Position numbers and translations under genes: made by a program. A DNA stretch of 44,991 nucleotides from a phage: sequence record PZ379602.1; one strand, given 5' to 3'. The notes below the pieces were generated by a model. It was not told the origin of the DNA and did not search any database. It saw nothing but the letters and a program-made list of their open reading frames with translations. Shown here piece by piece: positions 10,540-19,152 of this stretch (its first letter is position 1; every line of letters begins with the position of its first letter).

Positions 10540-10544
10540 GAGTA

Positions 10545-10781
10545 ATGGCAATTTTAACATTTGACAAACAATGGGAACTATTTCAGGCAATGGTGGTTCA
10601 GGAATTACACAAGGCTGGATATAAAGGTGATGTTTGGGATTTGGCCTGGTGCCTTGATTACAGTTTTGAGGAAGATTACTTGCGAACCGATATCGAAACG
10701 TGGCGCGACCGCATGGTTGCAGATATCGCAGATATGAAAAAGATTGCCCGGAGGATTTTGAATAATGAAAATCGTAGATAA
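10545..10781 (+). CDS. hypothetical protein (78 aa)
   Basis: ORF tightly packed after the previous gene. Confidence 0.5.
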   Translation: MAILTFDKQWELFQAMVVQELHKAGYKGDVWDLAWCLDYSFEEDYLRTDIETWRDRMVADIADMKKIARRILNNENRR

Positions 10782-10890
10782 GGAGATGTTCGAGATTGCG
10801 CAAGTTTATGCGATTGATGCGGTTAAGAATAAATCAGAGTGGTCATGGATGTGCGCTCGTGAATATCTGAAATTGGCATACGGCTTATGA
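10765..10890 (+). CDS. hypothetical small protein (41 aa)
   Basis: ATG ORF overlapping neighbours at both ends (ATGA overlap with the next gene). Confidence 0.3.
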   Translation: MKIVDKEMFEIAQVYAIDAVKNKSEWSWMCAREYLKLAYGL

Positions 10891-11129
10891 TAGTTGAAAC
10901 AGGACGGGCCGCAGTCTGGGCCCACTGCGCAGAGGCTGGCATTCAGGACGACATTAAGATGATATCTAAGTACTTCGATATAAAAGATATCAGTGTCATC
11001 TTCAACGGTAAGTTTACGTACATGGATGAAAGGCCGCGCAAGTATCTCAGGGTTAAACCTGGCGTCACGATAAACACGAATGAGTTCCTGAAAGAGAAGG
11101 GATTCAAATTTAAGATAACGAAGGGTTAA
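10887..11129 (+). CDS. hypothetical protein (80 aa)
   Basis: ATG overlaps the upstream stop. Confidence 0.45.
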   Translation: MIVETGRAAVWAHCAEAGIQDDIKMISKYFDIKDISVIFNGKFTYMDERPRKYLRVKPGVTINTNEFLKEKGFKFKITKG

Positions 11130-11131
11130 TT

Positions 11132-11383
11132 ATGTTTGGATTAGATTTCCAGCCAAAGCATTATGATTTAGTGCATGGTAGTAGCGGAGCCAGGTTTAGA
11201 GCGATACCTATTGATGACTGGTTTCCACCTGACTATGTGGATGTTAACGCGAAGACGAAGGACGGTAAATGGGTACAGATTTACTACTCTCCAGCGTGCG
11301 GTAATCTGTGCATGACAGACATGGACCAAAAATTAGCAATTAGTGCTGATTTGTTGGATTTCTGGTTAAAAGAGGTTGAATGA
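11132..11383 (+). CDS. hypothetical protein (83 aa)
   Basis: ORF starting 3 nt after the previous stop. Confidence 0.45.
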   Translation: MFGLDFQPKHYDLVHGSSGARFRAIPIDDWFPPDYVDVNAKTKDGKWVQIYYSPACGNLCMTDMDQKLAISADLLDFWLKEVE

Positions 11384-11464
11384 GGTACGTAGCCCTAGTA
11401 GCATTAGCACCACTGGTTAGCTTTACTATCTTATATTTTATCGTGATGAACTAAGGACTTAAAA

Positions 11465-12600
11465 ATGGCAGCAGCAAAGATTACCAACGAGCAATTAATC
11501 GAAGAACTGAAAAACGGCCTTACTAACAAGGCGATTGCAGAGAAGTATGGTATGAACATTCGTAACGTTGAGATTCGTCGCAGTAAGTTGGCTAAGAGTG
11601 GCTTGTTCGGGCATGGTAACGAAGGCATTAAGAAGCTAGTACCGGACGGATACTTGGTAAAAGGCACTTCGACCATGATTGATGCGGATGGGAATGAGAA
11701 GCTGCGTTGGGTTAAGACTTCAATTGATAATGAGCGCCTTGAGATTCTGCTTGAGCAAGCACGAGAGGCATTTTGTTCTGACTTACCAAAGGCAGTTGCC
11801 AGTGAGTGCCCAGACATTGATTTTGATGATGACACGATGGCTATGTATCCGGTTTTCGACCTTCACATTGGCGCAATGGCTCATAAGCATGAGTGCGGTG
11901 AAAACTACGACACTGCAACAGCAGAGAAGGTAATGAATAGCTTCTTTGATTATGCTGTAGATAAGGCTCCTAAATCAATAAATGCGACATTAGTTTTGGG
12001 GGTGATTTTCTGCATTACGACTCTCTAGAGGCTAAAACACCAGCATCAGGACATATCTTAGACAGCGACAGTCGCTATGCTAAATTGGTTTACGTAGCAA
12101 TCCGCTCAGTGCGTCGTGCGGTTTCAAGGATGCTTGAGAAGCACCAAATCATTGATATTAAAGTAATAAGTGGAAATCACGACGAAGCTGGGATGGTTTG
12201 GTTGCGTGCAGCATTGGCGGCATTCTATGAAGACGAGGAGCGAATTACTGTCGACGTAAGCCCAGCAGCAATGCTGATGACAAGCTTCGGCTCAACATTG
12301 ATTGGTTATACTCATGGTCACCAGATGCGAAAAGCTGAAACTCGACTTACAGTAATGGCTACAGACTTTCGTAAACTATTCGGTAACAGCGAATATGTCT
12401 ATACACACTCGGGCCACTGGCATAGTCAGAAAATTACAGAAACAAACCTGGGTATCGATGAAGTTCATGGTCAGCTTGGCGCGCCAGATGCCTATTCAGC
12501 TAATGGAGGATGGCGCTCAATGCGTCAAGCAGCGGTAATCGTTTACCATAAGCGTTTTGGTGAGGTTGGTCGATTTATTTGTCGCCCTGAGATGTTCTAA
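11465..12600 (+). CDS. calcineurin-like metallophosphoesterase with N-terminal HTH domain; split by a frameshift at a G5 run
   Basis: N-terminal HTH-like NKAIAEKYGMNIRNV; motifs DLHIG, GDFLHYD (only after a +1 correction at 11998-12002) and GNHDE; two ORFs 11465..12028 and 12085..12600 in different frames. Confidence 0.6.
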
Positions 12601-12660
12601 GTAGCACTTTTGTTAATAAAGCCTCAAAGGATTGAGGCAAAATGAATAAACGATAACGAG
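12601..12660 (+). promoter_or_regulatory. promoter-like element variant (box GTAGCACTTTTGTTAATAAA, hairpin GCCTCAA...TTGAGGC)
   Basis: Starts immediately after the upstream stop; weaker -10 hexamer and leader box. Confidence 0.35.
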
Positions 12661-12673
12661 ATGAGGAGTTGTA

Positions 12674-13147
12674 ATGATTTACGTGTTTGATATTGATGGA
12701 ACTATTGCTAACAATGAACATAGAAGCCACCTCTTACCATCTAGTGACCTTCACTTGACTTCAAGTTGGAGTGATTACAATAGAGCCTGTTCTGGAGATT
12801 CACCGATAATTCCAATGATAAACATGATGAATGCGTTAGCTGAGTTATCGCCAGTTTACATCATGACTTCAAGAAGTGACGAAGTCGAATGTATGACGCT
12901 TGAATGGCTTCAGTATAATAATATTAATTATGATGGAATATATATGAGGAGTAGATTGGATAACAGAAATGACTATATCATTAAAGAGATGTGGCTAAAT
13001 GATTTGTGTAATGGTGACAAAGCAAGTGTGATAATCTTTGAGGATAATCCTAATGTTATCAGTCACCTAAGGAATTGCGGATATACTGTAATGTCAGTTT
13101 GTGAATATAAAGAATTACCAAAAGACTGCGAATCTCACGGAGAATAA
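12674..13147 (+). CDS. HAD-superfamily phosphatase
   Basis: Motif I FDIDGT near the N-terminus; IMTSR and FEDN resemble HAD motifs II and IV. Confidence 0.55.
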   Translation: MIYVFDIDGTIANNEHRSHLLPSSDLHLTSSWSDYNRACSGDSPIIPMINMMNALAELSPVYIMTSRSDEVECMTLEWLQYNNINYDGIYMRSRLDNRNDYIIKEMWLNDLCNGDKASVIIFEDNPNVISHLRNCGYTVMSVCEYKELPKDCESHGE

Positions 13148-13148
13148 A

Positions 13149-13703
13149 ATGAAAAAGTTAATCATCCTTAATGCACCCCCTGGTGCTGGAAAAGATACAG
13201 TTGCAGATATCATTGTTAATCTTGGAATTTGCAAGGATAAGGTTTCATTCAAGTCACCAATGTTTAATGTTGCAAAAGGAATACTATCAAGCGATGAGTT
13301 TGATGAATTTATTAAGAATTACGATGACCGAGAGTACAAAGAATCACCACATGAATTTCTTGGTGGAATGACGGTTCGTGAATTTATGATTTGGATTAGT
13401 GAGTCAGTTATGAAGCCAGTCTTTGGTGATGATGTTTTCGGTAAAAGGCTAGCGCAATCACTTGGTGATGGTTGCTATATCTGTGCTGATGGTGGCTTCG
13501 CTAGCGAGATTAATACTCTCATTGATTCAGGGGTTGAAGTTACTTTGATTAGACTTTTTAGGCCTGGCTATACTTTTGATGGAGATAGCCGCTCCTACAT
13601 TCGCGGTGTCTGCGCAAGAGAAATTGACGTTCATGTTGTAGATGGTGATATTGATGGAACCTCTGCTTTGGTAATGCACGTAATAAATAGCACGAATTGC
13701 TAA
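13149..13703 (+). CDS. P-loop nucleotide kinase (dNMP kinase-like)
   Basis: P-loop ILNAPPGAGKDTVADII resembles phage dNMP kinases (compared from memory); start at ATG 13149 just after the upstream stop. Confidence 0.6.
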   Translation: MKKLIILNAPPGAGKDTVADIIVNLGICKDKVSFKSPMFNVAKGILSSDEFDEFIKNYDDREYKESPHEFLGGMTVREFMIWISESVMKPVFGDDVFGKRLAQSLGDGCYICADGGFASEINTLIDSGVEVTLIRLFRPGYTFDGDSRSYIRGVCAREIDVHVVDGDIDGTSALVMHVINSTNC

Positions 13704-13748
13704 ACAATCGCCGGAGTAATCCGGCATAATTACTACATCGAAAACAAC
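13687..13748 (+). promoter_or_regulatory. modular promoter-like element (box, hairpin GCCGGA...TCCGGC, CATAAT, CATCGAAAACAAC)
   Basis: Box is inside the last codons of the kinase gene, which ends NSTNC; canonical spacing. Confidence 0.55.
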
Positions 13749-13761
13749 AGAGGATTCAAAA

Positions 13762-13935
13762 ATGACTAAATTATACTGCGTTAAAAACAACTCAAAGACA
13801 CTGCCGTTCACCGAAAACCAGCCGTACAGCGCAGAGTCTCTAGGTGACGGTTACTACAAAGTTTACGGTGACGATATGACTCACATCCTTGCGCCGATTG
13901 ATGGCTCTTTGGTGGAATTTATTATCGCAGATTAA
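13762..13935 (+). CDS. hypothetical small protein (57 aa)
   Basis: ATG ORF after AGAGGA RBS, between a promoter element and a strong terminator. Confidence 0.45.
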   Translation: MTKLYCVKNNSKTLPFTENQPYSAESLGDGYYKVYGDDMTHILAPIDGSLVEFIIAD

Positions 13936-13961
13936 CACATCAAAAACATAGATTTGCATGC

Positions 13962-13988
13962 GGGGGGCCTTTTGGCTCCCCTTTTTTT
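13962..13988 (+). terminator. rho-independent terminator
   Basis: 8-bp GC stem (GGGGGGCC / GGCTCCCC with one G-U) followed by T7. Confidence 0.7.
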
Positions 13989-14062
13989 GCTTATAATTTG
14001 CCACCGCCTAATGTATGATATTTGCACTATGTATTGACAAATTAGGATTTAAAGGTGATCAC

Positions 14063-14278
14063 ATGAGGGAAGTAATTAACGCCGCCACGGCATCAACCGG
14101 CGGAGCCGCTGTAACTGGTGCCGCAACTGGTCAAATGACTATAGCAATAATCAGCCTTGTGGCTCTTGTTGTTTTCGGGCTGTGGGGAGCATATTGGAAG
14201 TTTAAGGACAGTCAGGCAATCAGGAAGGCTCTAGAGTCGGGTGATTTAAAGACAGCTATCAATATTAGGAGTAAGTAA
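14063..14278 (+). CDS. holin (single predicted transmembrane helix)
   Basis: 71 aa from ATG after AGGTGA RBS; hydrophobic stretch IAIISLVALVVFGLWGAYW; charged C-terminus; immediately upstream of the endolysin. Confidence 0.65.
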   Translation: MREVINAATASTGGAAVTGAATGQMTIAIISLVALVVFGLWGAYWKFKDSQAIRKALESGDLKTAINIRSK

Positions 14279-14763
14279 TGAAGCAGAAGCTGGTAATTAG
14301 TGCAGCGACGGCTGTGGCAATATACATCGCAGCGCCGATTATTGAGCTAGTAGAAGGTGTGGAATACAAGCCTTACATGGACATTGCAGGCATTCCTACG
14401 GTTTGTTCAGGTATCACTGGTCCTGATGTGGTGTGGGGTAAAAAGTACAGTGCAAGGGAGTGCAGGAACTTACTGGAGAAACACATCCAGATTCATGGAA
14501 AGTATGTGCAGGATGCAGTAACTTACCCAATCTCTCCACAGACAAGGGCGGCGTTAATCAGCTTTAGCTACAACGTTGGTGGCGCTGCAATGAGGAAGTC
14601 AACGGCAGTAAGGCTGATTAATCAGGGCAAGATTGAAGAGGGTTGTAATGCTCTCGCCTCCTGGAATAAAGCTCGAGTAAATGGCAAGCTAAAAGTTGTT
14701 AAAGGCCTCGTTAACAGGCGCAACGAGGAGATTAAATTATGCTTAAGTGGGGTGGGTAAATGA
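14278..14763 (+). CDS. SAR endolysin (lysozyme-like muramidase with N-terminal signal-anchor-release domain)
   Basis: Weakly hydrophobic Ala-rich N-terminus followed by an E-x8-D-x5-T catalytic arrangement (E...MDIAGIPT). Confidence 0.8.
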   Translation: MKQKLVISAATAVAIYIAAPIIELVEGVEYKPYMDIAGIPTVCSGITGPDVVWGKKYSARECRNLLEKHIQIHGKYVQDAVTYPISPQTRAALISFSYNVGGAAMRKSTAVRLINQGKIEEGCNALASWNKARVNGKLKVVKGLVNRRNEEIKLCLSGVGK

Positions 14764-15146
14764 AGGCTGCGTTAATTGCTGCGGTAATTATACTTTCTGG
14801 TTGCTCGGCAACATCTGCGCTGACCGGGTTGATTGGTAGTAAGCCAGAGATTAGCGCTCAAGCAGGTGCGGAGAATAACAAGGTTGGAGTAGGGCTAACT
14901 AATAAGGTTGATTCAAGTTCCAGCGCAAAGGCTGAAGTGAAGAACTCTAAGGTTGACACTCTTGATAGTTCAAGCGGTAAAAAGACTTCTGATAACTCAA
15001 TCAAGGCATCAACAATCACGGCTGAGAAGATTGAAATCACCAACAATGATTCGTCTGCAATCCCGTGGATTGGGAGTGGAATCATGTTTTGCGTCATCAT
15101 CATTCTGCTCTTAATGATATTCAGGAAAAACAAAAAAGCCCCGTAA
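14760..15146 (+). CDS. unimolecular spanin (lipoprotein with C-terminal transmembrane domain)
   Basis: Lipobox ILSGC at the N-terminus and a C-terminal TMD (IMFCVIIILLLMIF); start overlaps the endolysin stop. Confidence 0.8.
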   Translation: MKAALIAAVIILSGCSATSALTGLIGSKPEISAQAGAENNKVGVGLTNKVDSSSSAKAEVKNSKVDTLDSSSGKKTSDNSIKASTITAEKIEITNNDSSAIPWIGSGIMFCVIIILLLMIFRKNKKAP

Positions 15147-15160
15147 TGGGGCTATTTTTA
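15137..15160. terminator. bidirectional rho-independent terminator
   Basis: Hairpin GCCCC-gtaat-GGGGC flanked by an A run upstream and a T run downstream; spanin stop lies in the loop. Confidence 0.65.
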
Positions 15161-15493
15161 TGCAAACAATTCGTCATCACTCATGTTGGCTATGTTCATC
15201 ATCTCACTGACGTAATCACTGGACCTACCTTCAAGGCTCATGAATTCAAACTGAAATGGTCGCTTAATTGAACCCTTACACCAGTACACTCCATTAACTC
15301 CATCAAGATACCCAGCCGTAAGCATTCTCGCCATAAACTCCTTCGAGCAACTTGAGGCAAAATACCTTTCATCAACCCCGGCAGCCTTGGCCATCCTTGC
15401 GCAATCCTTGTGCTTATAGATGAATCTTGCCAGGTGCTGGCGGTTGAAGTTCTTGTATCCTTCGCAGAAATTATACAGGTCGAGCAGGTACAT
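15158..15493 (-). CDS. hypothetical protein (111 aa)
   Basis: Minus-strand ORF tightly following the 527-aa gene. Confidence 0.5.
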   Translation of the reverse strand: MYLLDLYNFCEGYKNFNRQHLARFIYKHKDCARMAKAAGVDERYFASSCSKEFMARMLTAGYLDGVNGVYWCKGSIKRPFQFEFMSLEGRSSDYVSEMMNIANMSDDELFA

Positions 15494-15496
15494 AAA

Positions 15497-17080
15497 TTAC
15501 CCCAGCAATCGTGGATTAATGTAAATTTTATCACCAATCAGGCATGTGTAGTTTTTCTCATCAAGCATAGGAATCAAGTGGTCCTTAATGCGAGTCATAA
15601 TTCCAGCCTGAGCTTCAAAAGGTTTAACCTTGCGTGCAGCCTCATACAACGAGCGAACACCAACAACACCTTTACCATTCTTGCCTTGCTTAATCAGGAT
15701 ATCAACCAGCTTGTTCATCTCGGCATTGTCACCAGCATGACCAGCAGCACTAGCGGATGATAAATAAGTCTTGCTTAGTTCGTTGAAAATCATAACCGCT
15801 TCCTGCATTGTATCCAGTTCAATCTCTCTTGACTTTTGAGGGCTGGATCCGGCTGGTGAGAACCAGTTACGAATTACGTGCAGAACAGAAGCGATGCGGA
15901 TTGCTTGCTTATCAAACTTACCAAGAGCACCGCGCAACATTGTGTGAGAATACTTGCCACCATCACCAAGATGAGGCTCCATCTCTTGACGAGCGCGGTT
16001 AAGGTAACGCATTGATGACGCGCTTACAGTAAGTTTCGCTTCAACTTCATTCATAATCTCATGAACAAGACGGAAATAGTCTGCTTTCAGGCCGCCATCA
16101 ATAGCCTCATAGGTTGAATCACCATTCTCATCAACAAATACGCGCTCACCAAGAAATGACTTCTCACGCACCAGAAGGAAGCGCTCAGATACACCGATAC
16201 CACGCGCACCGGCATTCATAATGGCGTTAATTGTTTCATCCTGCGCAATTACAGAGATACAACCCATAGCCACGAAACTCATGTTGTTTTCTGCATTCGC
16301 GCGCGCAATAGATACATTACCCGCATCCCACGCCTTAAGCACAAGTTCGCTGTTCGTTTTCTTCGAGCCATCACCGTAAGTCATGCCTAACAGTGAGTTG
16401 ACGCTAGTAGCCTCATCAGATATTACCGCAAAATTACCCTGGCGATTGTTGATTCGCGCAAGACCTTCCGGTGTAGTATCGGAGACAGGGAATACTATAT
16501 CGCATAGCTTCTCGAGCTTCTCCTCTAAATCCTCCTTCTCCTCAAAAAGTGAAGCCATTTCAGAAGGTGATTTCTCCTGCTTCATCTCTTTAGCCAGAGC
16601 GGACAGTTTAGCCATAATCTTTTTTCGATCACGTTTACGTACTTCATTCAACCGCTCAGTCTCAGCAATCATCGGCGCAATTGATAGCGAGTTAATGGCT
16701 GATTTACCAGTTGAAGGCGGCTGACTTGTTACCACGTACAAAGATGTTGGCTGTTGGGTTCCATGATACTCGACAGTAAAACGCCCAAGCATTGCAGCAG
16801 AAACACAACCAAGAAAGTGCATGTAAGCTGACGACTCAGGGAACTGAACCGAGCGAGCGATATTAGCCGATAGCTTACCAACAACATCAATATCATTACC
16901 GAGTGAGATTACTGGATACTTATCATTACCTGTATCAATCTCGACAGGTGCTTTCCAGAACGATTGAGACTGTCGATAGCCATTGGCATTAATAGCCACG
17001 CGAAGCGGTGGTAGGTTGTCATTGGCAGCGATTGCCATAACCTGCTCAACAGATAGTTTATCTTCGTTGAAATCAAACAT
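15497..17080 (-). CDS. large early protein of unknown function (527 aa), possibly replication-associated
   Basis: Long ORF with a promoter-like element and GGAGAG RBS upstream; no P-loop or methyltransferase motifs recognised. Confidence 0.75.
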   Translation of the reverse strand: MFDFNEDKLSVEQVMAIAANDNLPPLRVAINANGYRQSQSFWKAPVEIDTGNDKYPVISLGNDIDVVGKLSANIARSVQFPESSAYMHFLGCVSAAMLGRFTVEYHGTQQPTSLYVVTSQPPSTGKSAINSLSIAPMIAETERLNEVRKRDRKKIMAKLSALAKEMKQEKSPSEMASLFEEKEDLEEKLEKLCDIVFPVSDTTPEGLARINNRQGNFAVISDEATSVNSLLGMTYGDGSKKTNSELVLKAWDAGNVSIARANAENNMSFVAMGCISVIAQDETINAIMNAGARGIGVSERFLLVREKSFLGERVFVDENGDSTYEAIDGGLKADYFRLVHEIMNEVEAKLTVSASSMRYLNRARQEMEPHLGDGGKYSHTMLRGALGKFDKQAIRIASVLHVIRNWFSPAGSSPQKSREIELDTMQEAVMIFNELSKTYLSSASAAGHAGDNAEMNKLVDILIKQGKNGKGVVGVRSLYEAARKVKPFEAQAGIMTRIKDHLIPMLDEKNYTCLIGDKIYINPRLLG

Positions 17081-17154
17081 TACTTCTCTCCGTGTTGTTC
17101 TGAGCGGCCATTATATCAATAGCCGCTTATAATGCATTATCAATTAGTGCTATT
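17081..17154 (-). promoter_or_regulatory. modular promoter-like element for the 527-aa gene (box AATAGCACTAATTGATAA, hairpin, TATAAT)
   Basis: Box at 17137-17154 overlaps the stop of the upstream minus-strand ORF; 22-bp spacing to TATAAT. Confidence 0.5.
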
Positions 17155-17310
17155 TAGTAAGATGCAATCTATCTTGTAGTAGTCAAAGTGATTTTCTGAA
17201 GATGTTTCTTTGTTATATTTAAACTCCTGTGCTTTGAATTCTTCATCGAAAGCGGCAATCACTTCGCTTCCATCATAGTGTGTGCAACCACTTACAATGT
17301 ATAATTTCAT
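17140..17310 (-). CDS. hypothetical small protein (56 aa)
   Basis: ATG ORF whose C-terminus (LNSTN) is encoded by the promoter box; start overlaps the upstream stop. Confidence 0.35.
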   Translation of the reverse strand: MKLYIVSGCTHYDGSEVIAAFDEEFKAQEFKYNKETSSENHFDYYKIDCILLNSTN

Positions 17311-17696
17311 TTGTATTGAGCCTCAAAGTGGTAAGTTTCACACAACGTATAAAAGCCAACATCTTCGCTGCGATATAGCTGCCAGGCGTTGCCATCTTCA
17401 TCGTAAATGTATCCAGCTGACTGACCAAGTCCGCTATGCATGTTGACCTGGTATCGCTTACCTTCTTTGAAGTCTTTCTTAACGCCAGACTTATGGTTAA
17501 CCTTTGTGCAGTAAAGAGTTTTGGTTTTAATGTATTTTCCACGTTCTTCCAGGTTGATCCATTTGCCGTCTTTTTTGATTTGCTCAAATTCAACTTCCTC
17601 AGCGACACCGTTAACCCACTGGTGAATCTTTTTAACGCGAGCTTTAAATAGCTTGTTGTCGTTGCTAATGAAATTTTTGGTTATCGTAGTAGTCAT
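17307..17696 (-). CDS. hypothetical protein (129 aa)
   Basis: Clean ORF with ATG start overlapping the upstream stop (TAATG). Confidence 0.55.
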   Translation of the reverse strand: MTTTITKNFISNDNKLFKARVKKIHQWVNGVAEEVEFEQIKKDGKWINLEERGKYIKTKTLYCTKVNHKSGVKKDFKEGKRYQVNMHSGLGQSAGYIYDEDGNAWQLYRSEDVGFYTLCETYHFEAQYK

Positions 17697-17857
17697 TATT
17701 TTAATCTCTTAGTTGTCCACATGAATTTGTTTGGTACTGATTTGCGCACAATACGCACAACAATCTTATCAAACTTCTGAACTAAACCGTAAATCTTACC
17801 ATCTAGCGACGCCCTGAGAACCGCCTCTTCCATCTCGTCATAAAAGTTGTCGAACAT
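17696..17857 (-). CDS. hypothetical small protein (53 aa)
   Basis: ATG (MFDNFYDEM...) downstream of a promoter-like element with a canonical leader box. Confidence 0.45.
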   Translation of the reverse strand: MFDNFYDEMEEAVLRASLDGKIYGLVQKFDKIVVRIVRKSVPNKFMWTTKRLK

Positions 17858-17932
17858 GATCTCTTGCTCTCTTCGTTTCGATGGAGTAAATATACGCCAT
17901 CCGTGGCGGTGAGTTTTAGCAATTAGTGCTAT
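17858..17932 (-). promoter_or_regulatory. modular promoter-like element (box ATAGCACTAATTGCTAAA, hairpin CGCCA...TGGCG, TATATT, CCATCGAAACGAAG)
   Basis: Read on the minus strand; box overlaps the stop of the upstream small ORF. Confidence 0.55.
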
Positions 17933-18080
17933 TTTTTCTGGCCTTCTCAATTGCCTTCAACATAATCTCGTGAGACTCAAGCAGGTCCTCGTTAAACCAG
18001 TCCCCGCAAGGCCAACCCTTTCCGCTGTAAGCACTAATTATTTCCAGATCGAAATAGTTTATCTCAGATGGTAAAAGCAT
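17916..18080 (-). CDS. hypothetical small protein (54 aa)
   Basis: ATG ORF; C-terminus KNSTNC encoded by the promoter box. Confidence 0.4.
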   Translation of the reverse strand: MLLPSEINYFDLEIISAYSGKGWPCGDWFNEDLLESHEIMLKAIEKARKNSTNC

Positions 18081-18283
18081 TATTCAATCACCTTAAAAGT
18101 TGCGATGCCGTGGATGATTACGTAATCAAGGCATTTAAGCGCCTGGAACGTGTCGTGATGCTTGTGTGGACGTTCGCCGGTAACAAGGCACACGTCATCT
18201 TTAAACTCGGTAGCGTTGTATTCAGAACCCTTATTGAAGGCATCGTTAAAGTCTTTAATTACGTTCGTGCAAATTAGCTTCAT
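18080..18283 (-). CDS. hypothetical protein (67 aa)
   Basis: In-frame ATG (MKLICTNV...) chosen within the longer ORF-track frame. Confidence 0.45.
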   Translation of the reverse strand: MKLICTNVIKDFNDAFNKGSEYNATEFKDDVCLVTGERPHKHHDTFQALKCLDYVIIHGIATFKVIE

Positions 18284-18294
18284 TATCTCATTCC

Positions 18295-18480
18295 TTACCA
18301 GGGTAAACATTCGTCGCAGCCGAGGCCATCGCAGCACAGATATTCATCATCTGACTGGAATTGCTTAGCAAGGTCGATATCGATGCGTCCGCGTAAAACC
18401 ATATCAGTATAGTCACTGTTCAATCCAATCAGCGCACATTCCTGCTTTAATTGCTCAAATGCTTCGTCTTTAAGTTTCAT
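18295..18480 (-). CDS. hypothetical Cys-rich small protein (61 aa)
   Basis: ATG after GAGGAGAGAG RBS; C-terminal CCDGLGCDEC cluster; first gene of the minus-strand early block. Confidence 0.5.
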   Translation of the reverse strand: MKLKDEAFEQLKQECALIGLNSDYTDMVLRGRIDIDLAKQFQSDDEYLCCDGLGCDECLPW

Positions 18481-18552
18481 ATCTCTCTCCTCGTTGTTGA
18501 TGGATTCATTATGGTATCGTCGCCAGTTTTTGTCATTAGCAAAAAGTGCTAT
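18481..18552 (-). promoter_or_regulatory. promoter-like element for the minus-strand early block (box ATAGCACTTTTTGCTAAT, CATAAT)
   Basis: Read on the minus strand; 23-bp spacing from TTGCTA to CATAAT. Confidence 0.45.
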
Positions 18553-18567
18553 TCGTTGGATTTATCT

Positions 18568-18980
18568 ATTGTTGCAGCTATTGCAATGATTATCATGATT
18601 ATTGCACATATAGCAATATTGCATGGAATGCAATGATGTTTTTGATTGTTGCAGAATTTGCAATGATTGATGTGGGGTGAATGAATGGTGGATGAACTAC
18701 CATACAAGTTGATTTTGATTCTTGCTGAGCCAATTTGGATATACACGTTATCGAAGTTATGGTGTGTATATGAGGTGCGCTTCCGAAGAATCATACACGC
18801 CTACCACGCTAGATTACGCAATGGTTACATAATAATATCTATATATATCAACCTTTTACTATATTATTATTATTATTATATATATGTATGTATATGGTGT
18901 AGATTGGTCGTATGGATGGGTCGATAGTTTTTCTATGAAAACTACTAATTTTATCTATATAGATACATATGCATATCCCC
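18568..18980. other. putative origin / regulatory hub: iteron-like direct repeats plus AT-rich low-complexity tract
   Basis: ATTGTTGCAG-N3-TTGCAATGATT at 18568-18591 and 18645-18668; TGCAATGAT also at 18629-18637; (TTA)n and (TA)n tracts around 18840-18960; lies between divergent transcription units. Confidence 0.4.
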
Positions 18981-19152
18981 GGCGAATCCGCGTAAAATCT
19001 TACACAGGGTAATTACACCAGCTATAGCTGGGCTGAGAGGTCAAAAAGCGTAACCAATGCAGATATAAACACAACATAACACTTGATAACGCGTATATTC
19101 ATGATACCATGGTTTCATCTTAACGAAGAGCAACCAATCAGGAGTAACGAAT

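Noticed and set aside
18451-18927. ORFs 18451..18636, 18549..18794 and 18685..18927
   Set aside because: They translate iteron-like repeats and AT-rich low-complexity DNA (runs of Ile and Tyr); more consistent with a non-coding origin or regulatory region.
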